64,000 nt of DNA from Takakia lepidozioides (lineage: Eukaryota > Plantae > Bryophyta). Position 1 is the first letter of the stretch; each line of letters starts with the position of its first letter. A program made the translations under genes and the position numbers. Of this stretch, positions 36,072-50,499 are shown in pieces. The notes beneath the pieces are model-generated. The model worked only from the letters and a program-made list of their open reading frames with translations. It was not told the DNA's origin and ran no database searches. The DNA lies in assembly GCA_030704615.1 (NCBI GenBank), contig CM060732.1, forward strand, positions 41,478,001 through 41,542,000, read 5' to 3'.

Positions 36072-36298
36072 TAGTAATAAACTAGATTAATTGAAGTGTA
36101 AACTAAGCCAATCTTCAAACTATGCTCCCTGCACATGAATTAGTAATAATGTACTGGATTAACTGAAGTGTAAACTAATGGGATTCCAATCTCCAAACTA
36201 TGTTCCCTGCACATCAATCAATAGTAATGGACTGGATTAACTGAAGTGTAAATCAATGCTGAGCCAATCTCCAAACTATGCTCCCTGCACATGAATGA
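36072..36298 (+). repeat. Three tandem ~70-80-bp repeats upstream of the transposase
   Basis: GATTAA.TGAAGTGTAAA..CCAATCT.CAAACTATG.TCCCTGCACAT x3. Confidence 0.85.
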
Positions 36299-36891
36299 GA
36301 ACTTGTAGTTGCGAAGTTGTGTGCAATAGTCGTAATGAAGTTATACATGCAGGCAGAGTGAATGGAACCCTGTGAATTTGAAATTGAGCAGCCGCCAAGG
36401 CATTTTAAAAAAACAAATCAGAGCATATCTGATCAATCCTAAACCCCATGCAGAGTTAATTAGAATAACAACGTGCATACATTAGCACTCAGCTTTATTA
36501 ATACGCCTCCATTTGGCAAATACGCTGGTCACAATATTCAGTACGTTTTTGTTCACCTAACAAAGCACCATGGGGCCCACAATGCCCGTGAAGGAACCTA
36601 AATCAGCCCGTTGGCAGTAAGGCCGCCATTCAAGGGCAGGCAAAACCACTTTACACCCCAAAAATAGGGGTCCATTTTGAGACCTGCTCATATTTGGGTG
36701 TTTCTACCTTAGCGATGATTTGAAGGTGGTGGAAGAAGTAGTCAGAAGTCAGCCCCGTGGAGTGTTGCTAGTGGTGGGGGGCTCTTTACTTGCGTGCACG
36801 CCTACCAGGCTCGTATCCCACACCCCTCGGAGTGCCATGGCGAGTCTGGATTCAGGTTTATGACAACTCCTGCACACATCTGACAGAATTC

Positions 36892-39800
36892 ATGGCTTGC
36901 ATGCTGCAGCCGTGCGGAGCAAGCGTGAAATGCGAGTCCCATTCCTTATTCTCCAGTACACCATGGCCTCTGCCTTCAAATACGCAAATTAAGGCTCACC
37001 TTAGGCAGACGAATACCGCATTCTTTCTCAAGACTAGCATTAACAAGGGAAGAAGTCTAAGGAGAAATTCAATCGTTGTATCCAGGCTGGTGTCCCATTC
37101 GTTTTCTCGAAGTATCAAGCTAAAACCTTGGCAGTCTCTTCCCGGTCTTGGGAAATTCCAGAGGCAACGTAAGAAGATCATAACCAGGTTTGAAGAAGGC
37201 CAAGAAGAATTGAGCAATGGAGCAGACCAGTGTGATAAAATGGAAAATGACGAACGTCCTCCCTTTGACCTCGACCTGGCTGTTCTTCTCGCTGGTTTTG
37301 CGTTTGAGTCATACAACACTCCTCCGGTAGGTCTCAGCCCTCAGATCTTCAGATTACCCTGTTCCGAAAGCATTTGAATCACGAGATCTTGCTAATGTCT
37401 CTTACGATCCTCATAGACTCGAGCAATTTGTGGGTTTCCGGAGCTAATTTCTTCAATTGATGTATTTGGAAATTTCTGCGGTGTCATAATATTACCATCT
37501 CGAACGCTCCCATCGTGTACTCAGGGGTGTAGATGCCGAAAATCTGAGTAGGTCTCGATTTCAGGAGTATACAATATCTCAAAGCTAGGTTAGATTGAAA
37601 TAGGTTTGAGAGATTCCAAATACTGATTGTTTCAGCATAGCTGCATGGCGGTGGTAGCCTGACGAAAGGAAATGCCGGTGCAATGTTGCTAGAATGTCTC
37701 TGTAACCTTTCGAGGAGGCAGTACTGAAATCACAAGTTAACCAAATCTCAGCTTCAATGATCCAAAAACGAATTGTTTGCATTTTTCCTGATCAGTAGAG
37801 AAGGATCAGTAGAGTATATTCAAGATTCTTCTTCGATAGTTTCGCATAGTTTTGTTTGTAGTGAATTTTGTGCCATGGAATGAGGGCGTCATTTGTCTGG
37901 TGCAGTCATGTGCACTCCCAGATTTGAGAAATCCAACTAGCTTTCTTTGTGATGATATTGGAGTTAGTCACAACAATCCTTTCCATCCATGAGAGGGCTG
38001 GATGATAGGCCTTTTTGCAGGTCCACATCAGATGCTACAAAAACTTTCATTGATTGGATAAGTGTTCTTTGTTATAGGAAAAGGTGGGAGTGCATGAAAA
38101 GGATGCAGGTGACGGCGAAACGACGTATTTGACCAAGTGAGATCATCACTCCTTCCTCTTACTTGGGGCTGCATTGTGCAAAGTGTAGGGAGGCAAGAAG
38201 TCAGTGGGAAAGTTTAGAGAGAAATGACGACAACTGATGTCTGTGTAAATAAGAGCCTCTTCCCCTTGTGGCTACTGCCCCTGTCAGGGGTAAGGAGAGG
38301 AGGAAAGACAGACTGGGAGAGGGCGCACCCAGACTGGGGGGAGCTGGCAGGGGCAGGGACTGAGTGGGGTTGGGAGAGGGCGGAATCAGTAGCAAACTTG
38401 ATGACTGATGAATGCTTTCTTTGACTGGAGATCTTGTGCAAGGAGGTCAAAATCAGTTACGTAGTGCAGTACAGATTGCATGACTTGTAGATTACTCTCA
38501 ATTGCCCTGATGCAGGGATTTTGTACGAGAGATCTATGATGGACAGCTGTTTGTCAAGCTGAAGAAGGGTGTGCATTTTCCTGGACTGGATCTTTGGGCA
38601 AGTGAACAGATCTCTTCACCAGAAACTTTTTATCCACTCTAATATGTCTGCTAATATCAATGTGCCCCACAGATATTGGTCTACATTCATGTTGAGAACT
38701 TCAATGGCAATGAGTGCTTGATTCCTGGTTGTCCTTGGAGGGGATGTTAATCTCTTTCTTGACTGTGCACAGGGAACAAGTGATCCATATATAGTGCTAC
38801 GCATTGGAGCTTGTGAGGCGCAGAGCCATACCATATGGGCGTAAGTGGCTTGCGACCCAAGCCTGCTGTTTACTCTCTTGATATGGGACAAATTGCGTCC
38901 TCCAGATTCTGTGGGGGGTATTTCATCTTACCCAAGTGGACTTTTCTCTCTTAGTGCAAGTCATCGCAGTCGGTTCTCTTCCACTGCCAGGACTGTTCTT
39001 ATGGGAAGTTATTCCAAACCGAGATGTAAGTAAAACTTGAGGGGAACACATTGTACCCACAAAGCCTGCTGAGCAATTTGGATCCTCCCCTCAGACAACC
39101 TTCTCTAAAAGTATCTCAATCTGGGTGATGGAAAGGCACAACGCTCCAGATCAGACTTCATAGAAGAGGATCTTTGTCTGTTTTGGTCCTTCCGATCTTG
39201 CAGTGATTTATGCCTGGTCCATGTTGGAATAGGCTGACTATATGGTTGTCTCAACTTCAGAACAAAGGACCCTGTCTGGAATGAGGATTTTAAGCTCAAT
39301 GTGAAGTACCCCGCCACTCAATTTCTCCAGGTTCGACCATGTTGGTTGACATTTGGTGGGGGGTTGATGATGAGGCTAGATGATGACTTCAAGTAATGTT
39401 TGGTTGATTCTGCAGGCTTAAGTAAGCACTTCCTAATCAGCCCGTGCCTAAGGCCATAAGACAGTCAGTTAGTGGGATTTGGTTTGGTTGATATTACAAG
39501 GTTATACTGTACATATCCCATGTCAAACTTAGAGACCACAGAACTGATTGGTGGCAATAGTTTCTAAGTTATAATATTGTGATAGACAAGGAGCATATAA
39601 TTTTTATTTTGGGCTCTTCACCATGCTTGTGTATTTTAGAAGAGACAGACAAGAGTTCCTGGTTATTGTTTCGTGGTCTGAAGGTAATTGGGGGCACCGC
39701 TTTGTTCTCTTGCCTTATTTATTCCCTCTTGAGTTCCTTTTTTGCTTATCGCATGAATGGAAGACAAGGTTATCTTCTGAGAGCTAAGCTCCTGACAGGT

Positions 39801-42800
39801 GGCTGCTTGGGATGCAAACATTCTTACTTCCCATCGTCGCTTGGGAAACTCAAGCCTAACTCTGGAGAGTTTTTCTGATGGTGAGGGGCTTGACTTTACT
39901 TACATCTCAATTCTTCTCCCAGTGTGTGAGAATGTTCTCTATTTCTCTTTTCTGTGGGGAGGTACTGAGAAGTACGAATGATGGGTATGTGTGAGGAAGA
40001 ACAGAACTTGCATAACAGCCGATGGAGAAGTACTTCATAACAAGCAAAAGTACTAGACGTAGGGGAGGTGGCCTACCTGTTGCAATAATCTATGCCAGCG
40101 ATCCAGGGAGAGAAACTTAATCGAAATGAAATGGTACTGTAAAGATTGTACTCATAAGACGTTGTTTGCCGTAGCCTTGTGGCCATTGACCCCGCGCCCA
40201 GTTTGAGCGGGAACAAAAGGGACAGAACCTACCTCTGTCAGGGGCTGACGTTGGTAGTAAGACTTACCTCCATATATAGAATTAATCCGGGTTTTCCCGA
40301 TATCCTCTAGAGAAAGAAAAAAAAAAGAAGGCATTGCAAGAAAGAAAAGTAGACAAAATTTATAATATCCACTGAAAAAGATAGAGATGGTTGTGTATCT
40401 GTGTCTGCCTACATGTGCATGTTAGATAGCAATGGATCTCTTCTTCACAAGTGCCACAAATACCTTTTGACAGGAAGGAAGCATGAGGTGGAACTAGAAC
40501 TGGAAGGCATGGGTGGGGGAGGGATTGTTCAACTCGAGGTAATCTGATATCTGATGGTCCCATGGATCTTTGGGCATCCTTTGGAGTCATTGATGTGGTC
40601 TTTACCGTTGTTGTAGTTTGTACCTTGCAAAACATCCTCTGGTGGAATGGTATAAGATGTTTTCCTTCTTTCCTTCCTTCCTTCCGTCCTTCCTTTCCTT
40701 TCTAAAGAATACCAATGTTGGCTGAGGCCTTGAGCTTTGACAACCAGTAGTGCTGGGCAGCTTACCTTAATTAGGCACTTTCTCTCCATGTGATGTTTGG
40801 TCTAATTTGGTGTGGGTTTTCTTTTTTGCTTGGGGCCCTCTGTGGATGTTACTGTGAGATCAGGGGCAGATACCACTGTCTCTTTAGATACTCTCCCCGT
40901 CTTTGGCAGTTGCCATCAGCTTTCAGAATCAGAGGTGCTTTGCATCTCACCCATGCATGAGTCACTTCATCTCCAATGGGCCCTCTAGGCTCCCTGTGCA
41001 TGTAAGGTATTTAATTTTGTGGTTATCTCTCTCCTTCTCGTATGGTCTAGTGGGCCAAAGTCCATTTGTGTCTGTGGCTGTCAGGTTCAATACAGAAGCT
41101 TCTCCGAGCTGGACTCAGAGCAAGTCTGGTGGCATCTGCCATTTCTTACAGAGCTTTTCCAGGTCAAAGGTCTGAAGGGGGCCTTTAAGACAGTATTTGG
41201 CACAGAAGGTATCAGGGCAGGTGATTTTGTAAGGTCTGCTCTGGGTTCTATACAATTCTTAGATCAAGAAAAGGCGAGTACAGCACCAACAAATTCAGCA
41301 GACTCCCAGGATAGGGTGGAAAAACCTCAGGACAGGAACTCGAGCTTTCTCCCAGGACAGACCTTCCAAGGAGGGGTGAAGCCTGCTACAGGACAATCTG
41401 CCTTTGAAGAAAGAGGTAGCAATATTAGAAATATCTTGGGAAATATCCAAAGTGACCAGAAAGCAGAACTTGAAGTTAGGGAAAGTGATGGTCAAAACAG
41501 CAGGTCAATTTCACTAAGTGAAGCAACTACAAAATCCTCAGAGGGGTTTGGCATAGAAAGAGCTAAGCCAAAGAACACCAATGGGGGACCTGTTCAAGAG
41601 GGAGAGGGAGACAAGGAGGGCGACTACATTAGTAGTGTGATCAAGGCTGTTAGCCTGGTTTTGGGGTCTTTGGGCGTGGATACTGCTGACGTCCCCTCCA
41701 TAGATTGGGCTATATGGCAGACGAATCAGGAAGCAACTAAGAAGCTGGGTTATGAGTCCCAGAATAGGGCTGAGGCAGAGTACATTGAGAGTGGGCTAGC
41801 ACTACGAAATGAACAAGACGAGTCCACATCCACTCGGGATCCCCTTGAAGTTAGTGCTCCTTCCAAATTTTCACTTGCTGGTTTGGCAGGATATTCATGC
41901 ATGGGCTCAGATGAAAGTATTTGCAATAAAATGAATGTGAATTTTGTCTTCTCTATAACTGGAACTTGTGATAACTATGAGGTTCTCTTGTTGGAATGTA
42001 CGATTACTTGAGCTTACGGGTAAAGCACCTCCCATGGCACATTGATCAAACACAGTCTTGAAGACTTCAGTTCTCTTTTTGAGTTGCAGGTTCAGTGTCT
42101 GAAAGATTTACATGATTGTAGTAGACAGTGGTCTGTAATCATATAAACTAGTCCCCCGCTTATGTGGTTTTTCGTATTGAAATGGGCTTCTATCTTTCTG
42201 CAGACATTCTAAAGTACCATTCTTCCCCCCCATCCCGTCCCCTTCCAGTTGCAGGATTGTATAGGCAGGGTCTATGACTGTTGGAGTTTATAAGAATATT
42301 TCTTGTGTATGTGGGTCTTCCTCTCTTTTGTACCTTGGTCCCTTTGTGCCTCCTTGGATGTAGATTATTTATTGTTCATTTCTTGCTCTTGGATGTAGTT
42401 TTTGGGCTGCTTGTGGAGGTTCCCTCTCTCTTTCTTGTTTCATGTTAACATATTGTGTCTGTAGGTCTTGGGCCCCTCAACAGAGGACTTGAAGCAAGCA
42501 TCTCAAAACTTGTTGAAGTACACGGAGGAGTTTTTGGGCTCATTGGCAATGGTGGCCACAGCCTTTGCAAGATCTCAAAAAGCAGAGGGTGCAGAGGGTT
42601 CGGTTAAAACTGGCATTCCTAAGGATCTTGCAACACCAGAAGAACCGAACAAGAAGACAAACAGTAAAGATAAGGTTTTGGAAGCGTTGGAAAGAGAGGG
42701 CAGTGATGATCAGGAGAGAGACGTAACCCGACAGATGTTTCAGACTGCCGAGAGTGCAGTTGAAGCTTGGGCTGTGCTGGCAACTTCCCTGGGGGGTCAA

Positions 42801-45800
42801 AGTTTTGTGAAATCAGAGTTTGAGAAGATCTGCTTTATCAATAACAAAAGAACTGATACACAGGTGTGTCATATCATTGCCAATGTTTACAAGTAGCAGT
42901 CAATAAGTTCTTCTGTGTACGTTATAAAGTTTCTTGGGCTGCTTGTGGAAGGCCCCTCTCTCTTTCCTTAGACGTTATAAATTATCATTTCATTACCTTT
43001 AACTCAAGACAATCCCTTGAGCAATAGTTGCTTTTGGGGTGCTTGTGGAGGGCCCCCTCTCTTTCTTGTTTCTTTCTTTCTCTTGTCCCATAAGCTCTTT
43101 GAGCTTTCTGCGGATGTTGTAAAGTACCATTTCATTTCTTTCTTTCTGTCCTCACAACTTCTACCAGACTCAAAGCAGCAGGCTCAAGGGGTGGTTTTAT
43201 GCCATTCATTAAACGACATGGCCTCTCTGCAGCACTCCTACTGCCTGAAAATCCAGAACGTCTGGAAATCATTTCCAAGCACAGCAGGAACAAGACTCAG
43301 TAGGCAACAGCTGAGGGAACTCGAAGTGGACCTGGAAATCAGTGGCTCTCACAATGAAGTTCCAGTTTACTGCGAGACACCTTCCTCGCACTGCTCAAAG
43401 ACAGAATTTTACAGCCGAATTACTTGTTAGCACCTCCCTCCCTCTCTTCTCCGGACATTGGACGACTCAGGGTGATCCACAGAGCCTGAGGATTGACACT
43501 GGCCAATGGGATAAGCTGCAGTGCAACGAACACCTTTGTCCTACTTATGCTTGCTAGCAATTGAGAGTGAAGAAAATTTCTTCTTTCTCTGGTTTTCTGT
43601 TTCCTCTCACATGTTTTCTTTCCATTTTGTCCCATAAGCTCTATGAGCTTTCCGCGGGACGTTATAAAGCACCATTTCACTTCATTTCTGTACTTTATAC
43701 TAAGAAATCCAAGGCTGCTACGTTTTGCCTATTTAGATAGAGAATCTCTCAAAGTTGAATTTTAGTTTCCTGGTTGTGGCTGCTGTTGGGAGCTCCACTT
43801 TACACTCCCATCTTACTTTCAATGTTCCTTTGTCTGGTAAACTCTTGGAGCTTCATGTGGAGGATATAGAACATCTTTCTTGTTTTTCTTTCTTTCTCTT
43901 TCTTTCTTCCTTTTCTTTCTTTTTTGGAACTACATGTCAAGAGAACTTGGAAGCTACCCAATCTCATGACAAAGCTCCACTTCTATCGAGAGACATTCTT
44001 GGTGCTCCGAGATGATAGAATCTTAAGGCCCAATTACCTTTCGGCATCTTTATCTCCTTCCCTCCTGAGGGCATTGGAGCGGTTCAGGGTGGGTTCCCAC
44101 AACCTACGGTTAGAGACTGGCAGATGGGAAAACCTGCAACGGGAGGACCGCCTATGTCCAGCTTGCACAGGGCGCAGCCGGGAAATTGAAACTGAAGAAC
44201 ACTTCTTCTTCTATTGCCCTCTATACTACGAGATCTGTGGGAGATTCCACTGTTTATTCCGTGGAACCCAATCTCTCACTGAAGTCTTCCACTATGAGGA
44301 TCAGAAATGCTTGGCAGCTTACCTGCACGAGGCCTTCACCCTTAGACAATCACTCGAACAATAGTTCTTATTCTTGGCTTTGGTTTTGTTTCCTTTCTCA
44401 TGTTTTCTTCCATTTTGTCCCATATGCACTATGAGCTTTCTGTGGACGTTATAAAGCACCATTTCATTTCATTTCTCTTAGCTCTTTGAGCTTTCCGCGG
44501 ACGGTATAAAGTACCATTTCGTTTCATTTCATTTCATTCCTCTAGCTATCTCTCGCTACAGCTAGCAGAGTTTAACTTTACAATCTTTGATCCCACCATC
44601 ACTACTCTCTTTGACCAGGTTTGTATCTGGCGGGATGTGGGGCGCCGCAGATTGGTGGTTGCCTTCCGGGGAACAGAACAGGTCCAAGCTCTTCCTTCTA
44701 CTGTGTTTTTTATCTTATTGAATGTGGTGCTGCCATGGAGTGCCATTTTAATAGGCTTTAGATTGCTTTGTTTGCTTGCTTGGTTGATTATGAATTGGCC
44801 TTTTTCTTTTATGAAGCAGAAGGTTGGCCAGGACTTAAGATGACTATCAGATGTCATTTTCCGTGTCATCTTTGCCCACAGTCTGTCAGATTAGGATTAG
44901 GCATATTGTTCCTAGAACTCTGGGCCGATGACCGATGATGGGGAGGTCTGAGAACACCAGTGCTCAATAGACCTAATCTGCCATTTTGGAAGGGTACATT
45001 CACACATCCAGGGACACTTGATCCTTTCAAAGTGGCACGTGCCCAGACATTGTGACGTATGGTAGACCCTTGAAACAACGTGAAGGTGGATTTTGTGCAG
45101 ACAAAGTGGAAGGACTTGTCAACAGATCTGAACGTCATACCTGTGGGGTATGAGAACGTGTCTGCACCCTGTTGGATGGGTGGTATAGCCGTGTACTAAA
45201 GGAGATACTTCACTTTTCTTGCATGTTGTATATATTTTGTTGTGTTCAGAAGTTGTGGCTGTGTGATGTTGGTGTCCTCATTCTCAGTCTGCCAGATAGC
45301 GCCCAAGTCAGTGACCTTGTTTATAGACTGGTCCTCTGGCTCTTCTTTCCTCTCTATGCTCCTAAAGTGGAAGAAAGTGATCCTTCAATATTTGAGTTGC
45401 AAATCATCCAACCGTAAGGATTCTTTGGATGTCATTGGGTGACAGATTCAATCCAGAGCGGGTGGCCAGCAACTTCAAGGAGGAAGTCATGGTATGGTTT
45501 TTGTGCAAAGCCCTTCATAGTTTGTTTGCAAACCTCTCCCAGGCGAGGGAGACTGGTTGCTTGTAGAGTTTCTGTGATTTCTATGCGATTTGGTTTCTTT
45601 CAGTTATTGACCACTGTTGGTCTGTCTCTCTCTGTCACACACATCTTGCTCTTCTTCCTCAGCTGTGATCTAACTGTCTTGTAACTTAGATTCCAATTGA
45701 CAGGGTCTTCCATCAGTGGACCTTGCTGCTGGCCGCATTCCTACTTGGTATAATCTGGTACCTGCAGTAACTTCAATGGTAGTTCTCCATATGCAGGTGC

Positions 45801-48336
45801 ACAGCGGTTTTGTGACTGCGTATGATTCTGTTAAACAGCGACTACTAAGTCTTCTGCAAGCCTCCATGGTAGTCAGGTATATCTAGCAACTGTTCCAGCC
45901 TATTTCACTTCACAGTGAGTAATCCAGAGTGCTTAACTACTGAAATTCATGGGATTTTAGTTCGCGCATTTTAACTCTGGTGGATGATCTGTGACCAAAG
46001 AAAGATTGAGAGATTCTGTTGGACCCGAAGGGCTAATTGAGTGGTCAACCATCTGTAGGTTTGTTGGGTGTGATAAAACCTGGACTCTCCTATTTGTTAA
46101 GTTGCATTCCCTTTCCGTCTATTGCAGGGAGAATGACGATGCTGAAGTCTCAAGCTGGCACGTGTATCTAACAGGTCATAGCCTGGGTGGTGCTTTGGCT
46201 ACATTGTTTGCCCTGGAGCTTTCCTCCAGTAAGCTTGTCAAGTAAGAAATACTGCAATTTCCACACAACTGTGGGTCTGTCTCTGCTCTTGCTTGCTACA
46301 GTTACTAGAAGGGCAGAAAAAAAAAGGGCATGCTCATTGTCTCATCTTGTTTGAGATCAGGTAGAGTGAAGGTCAATCTTGAAATGCACATTGTGGGCAG
46401 TGGAAAATGGTTGATGTTCATCTCATAAGGCTGTGTGTATGGATCAGGACTGGCCTAACGAAGTTGACGATGTATAATTTTGGCTCACCACGAGTTGGGA
46501 ATAAGCTGTTTGCAGACATGTATAACCAGGTAGTGTGAACTCTGCCTTTTCCATGCTGTTACACTACCGGGAACGAACTCGTCAATATTCTCATTTGGTG
46601 CTTGAAACCTTGGGAAAATTTTCTGTCTGAAGGCACCTATGCTTTATGCTCATGTTTAAAATATAACGTGAAGTAATAACATTCTTTAGCTATCTTACTG
46701 TGACTGAGCAGGTTGGTCGAATATTTTGACTGGTGCGAGTTAGACAATGGGTTCAAGTTAGGGTTTTGTGATTGCAATTGATTTACGTTGTATCAAACCC
46801 TTTTGTTTGGATTGAAGATTTCTGTTTATGGTTTTGACCTCATTATTCTAGCTGTGCCTTACCCTGGGGTGCTCCAGAAGTTAACTACAGACATGGTGGG
46901 CTGCAGAAAGTCAAGGACAGCTGGCGAGTTGTAAATCATCGTGATATAATTCCAACTGTGCCAAGACTAATGGGCTACTGTCATGTGGCACAACCCATCT
47001 ATCTTGTGGCAGGAGCATCGAATGATCCCTTTGTATGCTCTGTCACTGCGGATGTTATAAAAAAAATCTTCCGTAAAATTCTTCCTCTAGTTCGTGCCCT
47101 CACAACATCTGTGAGACTCAAAGCAGAACATCCGGCAGGGCTGGAAATTCCTTCCAAACATGACTGCAAGACGCTCATTAGACAGGAGCTGATAATCTTC
47201 ATGTTCAGCAGACCTGGAAACAAAACTGCACTTCTACCATGACAGCAATCTTAAATCCCAATTTCTTGTCTGAAGCTCTATCGCCAGCCCTTTGGGAAGG
47301 TTCAGGGTGGGGTCATACAGCCCACAGATAGAGACTGGTAGATGAGAAAACCTGGAATGTGCTGACCACTTGTGCCCTTCTTGTGCTAGAGATGGGGGAC
47401 GGGAGATTGAGGCTGAAGAATTTATTCCTTTCACTGTTCTCTCTACTATGAGATGCTATTTTCTACTCCGGGACAGCCATTCCCTCGCTGAGTCTTTCAC
47501 AATGAGAACCAAGAAATGCTTGTGTAGCATATCTACACAAGGCTCTCCGCATTAGAGAATCTCTTGACTTTGAATAGTTGTTATTGGGCTGCTTGTTTCT
47601 TGTGTCCTGCTTTCTTCTGTCACGTACTCTTTTGGGCTTTTCTTTTTTCTTCCTCTCGTCTGTTTCCTGTCACAGTTGTGCTTTAGACGAGCTGGATTCT
47701 TATTTGCTCTCCTTTGTGGGCCCTCCATGCAGGATCTCTTACAAGATGGATACCATGGGGATATTATTGGTGAAATTACGCCTGATTTGGTATTTGAAGA
47801 GTTTGTGAGTATACCCATCACAGTTCAGTGCTTGGTTTGATGGTTGAAATTCATGACGTCGCTACCTTCACTGCAAATATGAACATTCCGTTTGTGCGTT
47901 GCCTCTACAGATGAGAGGAGAAAGGCAACTTCTTGAAAGGCTTCTGCAAACAGAGATAGCTATGGTGCGTGCTATTCGTGATGGAAGTGCTCTTATGCAA
48001 CATATGGAAGACTTCTACTACATTGCTTTGTTGGAGGTAGGTCATTATCTCACCCTTATCTGAAATTGTCAATGTGATTCATGATTGCAATGGTCTAGAA
48101 AGAAGCACAGTTCCTTCTTCATTCCTATCTCTTCACCTCTCCAAATTGGTGCCATCGGGGCTTTTGAGACTTTGGCAGAAGTGAGCACAAGAAGCCCTGA
48201 TTATAAAGGTTATGTCAAGCTCCAGCTAGTATTATTGTTTCTCTTCTTGGTTCAACTTGTACGTGTAATCCTAAGGCAGTGCACTTCACTGTTGTTGCAG
48301 CGGGTGGAGCACAGAGTGTCAAGGTGGCAGAAATGA
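36892..48336 (+). CDS. HIL1: C2-domain + class-3 lipase (At4g13550/HIL1-like). Exons approx. 36892-37326, 38078-38136, 38516-38597, 38773-38840, 39261-39330, 39799-39880, 40474-40538, 41085-41849, 42465-42863, 44619-44681, 45101-45147, 45446-45491, 45797-45876, 46128-46241, 46448-46529, 46907-47032, 47733-47804, 47911-48036, 48301-48336
   Basis: Motifs FDLDLAVLLAGFAFESY; C2 (GTSDPY, PVWNEDF, VAAWDAN); lipase LVVAFRGTEQ, VHSGF, TGHSLGGALA, YNFGSPRVGN, WRVVNHRDIIP, QHMEDFYY. Splice phases are consistent. The symbol is based on remembered similarity, not a search. Confidence 0.88.
40143..40311 (-). mobile_element. Short 3' fragment of LINE family A in a lipase intron
   Basis: Near-identical to 19366-19534. 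Confidence 0.9.
42905..44540 (+). mobile_element. Stack of LINE family B 3' ends in lipase intron 9; best-preserved copy ~43935-44475
   Basis: ORF 43924-44364 has RFRVGSHNLRLETGRW..RLCPAC..ETEEHFFFYCPLY (LINE ORF2 C-terminal zinc motif). Tails GAGCTTTC.GCGGACGTTATAAAG.ACC(ATTTC)n are repeated. Confidence 0.85.
47240..47620 (+). mobile_element. Degenerate LINE family B fragment in a lipase intron
   Basis: GGTTCAGGGTGGG..AGAGACTGG.AGATG.GAAAACCTG matches 44080-44140. Confidence 0.75.
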
Positions 48337-49309
48337 ACTTGAATCTAGATCTTTTTCTTTGTCAAAGTTTGTGGCAAATTCTGCATTTTTAACAGGTTTC
48401 TTCAAAGCTCCATTATAAACTTGGACAATTTGTATTTTACCGATGAACAGATTAGCTCCATTAGAAAGATTTCATGTACCTTAAAATGGCTTTCTTAATC
48501 TTCAATTAGTCTCATTTGCTTGTCAAGATCATTATGTATGAGACTTAATACACACAAACTTGATTGTCAAGCTGTGTACGCCCTTGGGGGAACTGATCCA
48601 GTTGAGCTTCATGACTTGGAACCTTGATATTACGTCACAGAACTAACCACTTTCAGCCTTCTGTCATTTGAGCTAAGAGTGTGCTCTGACAAATGTAGAT
48701 TTGCCATTCTCCTCATTTGTGCCAAGGTGCTTGGATTTTGGATTGTACTGAAATCTCTGTCTTTGTTGGTGAGAAGAGAGCATGCCTTGATTGGAAGTGA
48801 GACTATCTTGCTTGCTGTAATTGAGAGTGTCACCTCTATTGGGTCATGATGTCAATGAGGACAAGGCCCAGACCACTCTCAAGAGCATGTTGCAAATCAA
48901 CGTTTTGTAAACTCTCTTTCTTTCTTTGCAAGCACTAGACTTCGACTTTCTCTCCTCCTTATTTTCTGTGGTGAAAACCATAGCATAGGTGTCGACCTCC
49001 ATAGGTGCATCATCTTCAATTGTAGCTGAAACCATCTGCAACATGATTTTTGGGTCTTCAAATTGTTGAAGGCACATACTTTACACCACATAATTTGTAT
49101 CTGAGCAGAACATATTACGGCTTTTGTCTAATTGGCAAAACGGCATGTCTTTTTGTCTAATTGGCACAAAGTTAGGTAAGGCATAATCCTCGTCCCCTTT
49201 CCTTGGGCGGTGTCGCCGCGTTATGGCAAGGCTACTTGGAAAGAGGTTAGATTTTTCTATCGTGCACCTCACTTTGGTAACTTCCCATTTAAGTCATAGA
49301 TACTCGCTT

Positions 49310-49981
49310 TGATGCGCGCGCCTAACTCCCAAACTAGCCGCCGGGCCAGCTCGGAGCTTTGGCTGCACATCGGGACATAACGGTCTCCCCTTGCTCTTTA
49401 GAGACCCTTATACACTTTGGGCCTAGTGGAAATTCCCTTTGGTTGTTGGCAGTCCGGAACAGCTCCCCACGCCTTGGTCGCTTTCTGGTTCGCACATTTA
49501 CTCACTAGCTTTTGATTACCAACGAGCTTGCACCGTTCTCGGGGTTACTACTCCCTATATGTACTTCTGTAGGTGTCCGCGGGGGTTCTACAAACAGCCA
49601 AGTCCAAATCTGGCGCACCACCATCTCGACCCTTGACTCCTTGTGATGAGTCGCGGTGAGCCTTGGCCCACCCACCACGGCCCCAATGGACCGTGGGGAG
49701 TCTTGGGACTCCCCACGACTCCCACTACAAGGCCTCAACCTCATGGTGAGTCCTATGTCACCCCCACTACGACTCCCTAAGCTACCACCACCCCTCGTGG
49801 AGCCCCCCAACCGCCAGACGGTTTGCGGGGCTCCACCTAATGAACGCCTCCGCCTCCTTTAAGTGCCTTTGGCATTCAAGGGTGCTTCAGCCCCCTTTCC
49901 TATTCGCTGCCGCTGACCCCACCACAGGGGCAACCCCTCTTGTGTCTTGACCCCCCGCCCTCAAGGCAAAGGGTCGCGACA
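49310..49981 (-). mobile_element. Solo-LTR-like element (~670 bp)
   Basis: GC-rich block bounded by TG...CA (minus strand starts TGTCGCGACCC, ends GCGCGCATCA). No matching TSD was seen. Confidence 0.5.
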
Positions 49982-50499
49982 TTTTCTCTCACTAAAAAGT
50001 AAAATGTAGAAGTGGTGCCGAAGCATGTGTAAGATGAATACGAAACACTTACAAGGAATAATTACGTTTACTACGAGTTGCATTGCATTAATTCCTCGAT
50101 AGAACCATATTCTTCTAAGTTCAAGCAGAACATTTTTAAGAGATTTGTCAGGCGGCTATGGGACAGGTGGATATGACCAAAGCGAATTCAAGGAAACAAG
50201 GGCTACTGACCATCAGTGGAGATCCTTTGTTGATGATGCTGTGAATTTGAAAGGTGTAAAACATTGTTGAGCCAAGTGTAGGATAGTGGTGAAAGAGAGA
50301 TGAGCGAGAGACAGAGACAGAGGGGTGGGCCATGACAACAGTGGCGCGCCCTACGTGGGCGTCTGCAAAGGGGCATGGGGATGCATATGTCTAGTCTATC
50401 TCAGAAGTTTTCATCTCATACCACTCATGAGTTCAGGTGAATTTCTTCATGTGTTTTATTTTTATTTATTTAAAAAAAGAAAACACCTGGGAGTGCCAG

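Noticed and set aside
38280-38385. G-quadruplex-like G-rich tract in lipase intron 2
   Set aside because: G-runs are present but there is no evidence of function; it may be simple low-complexity sequence.
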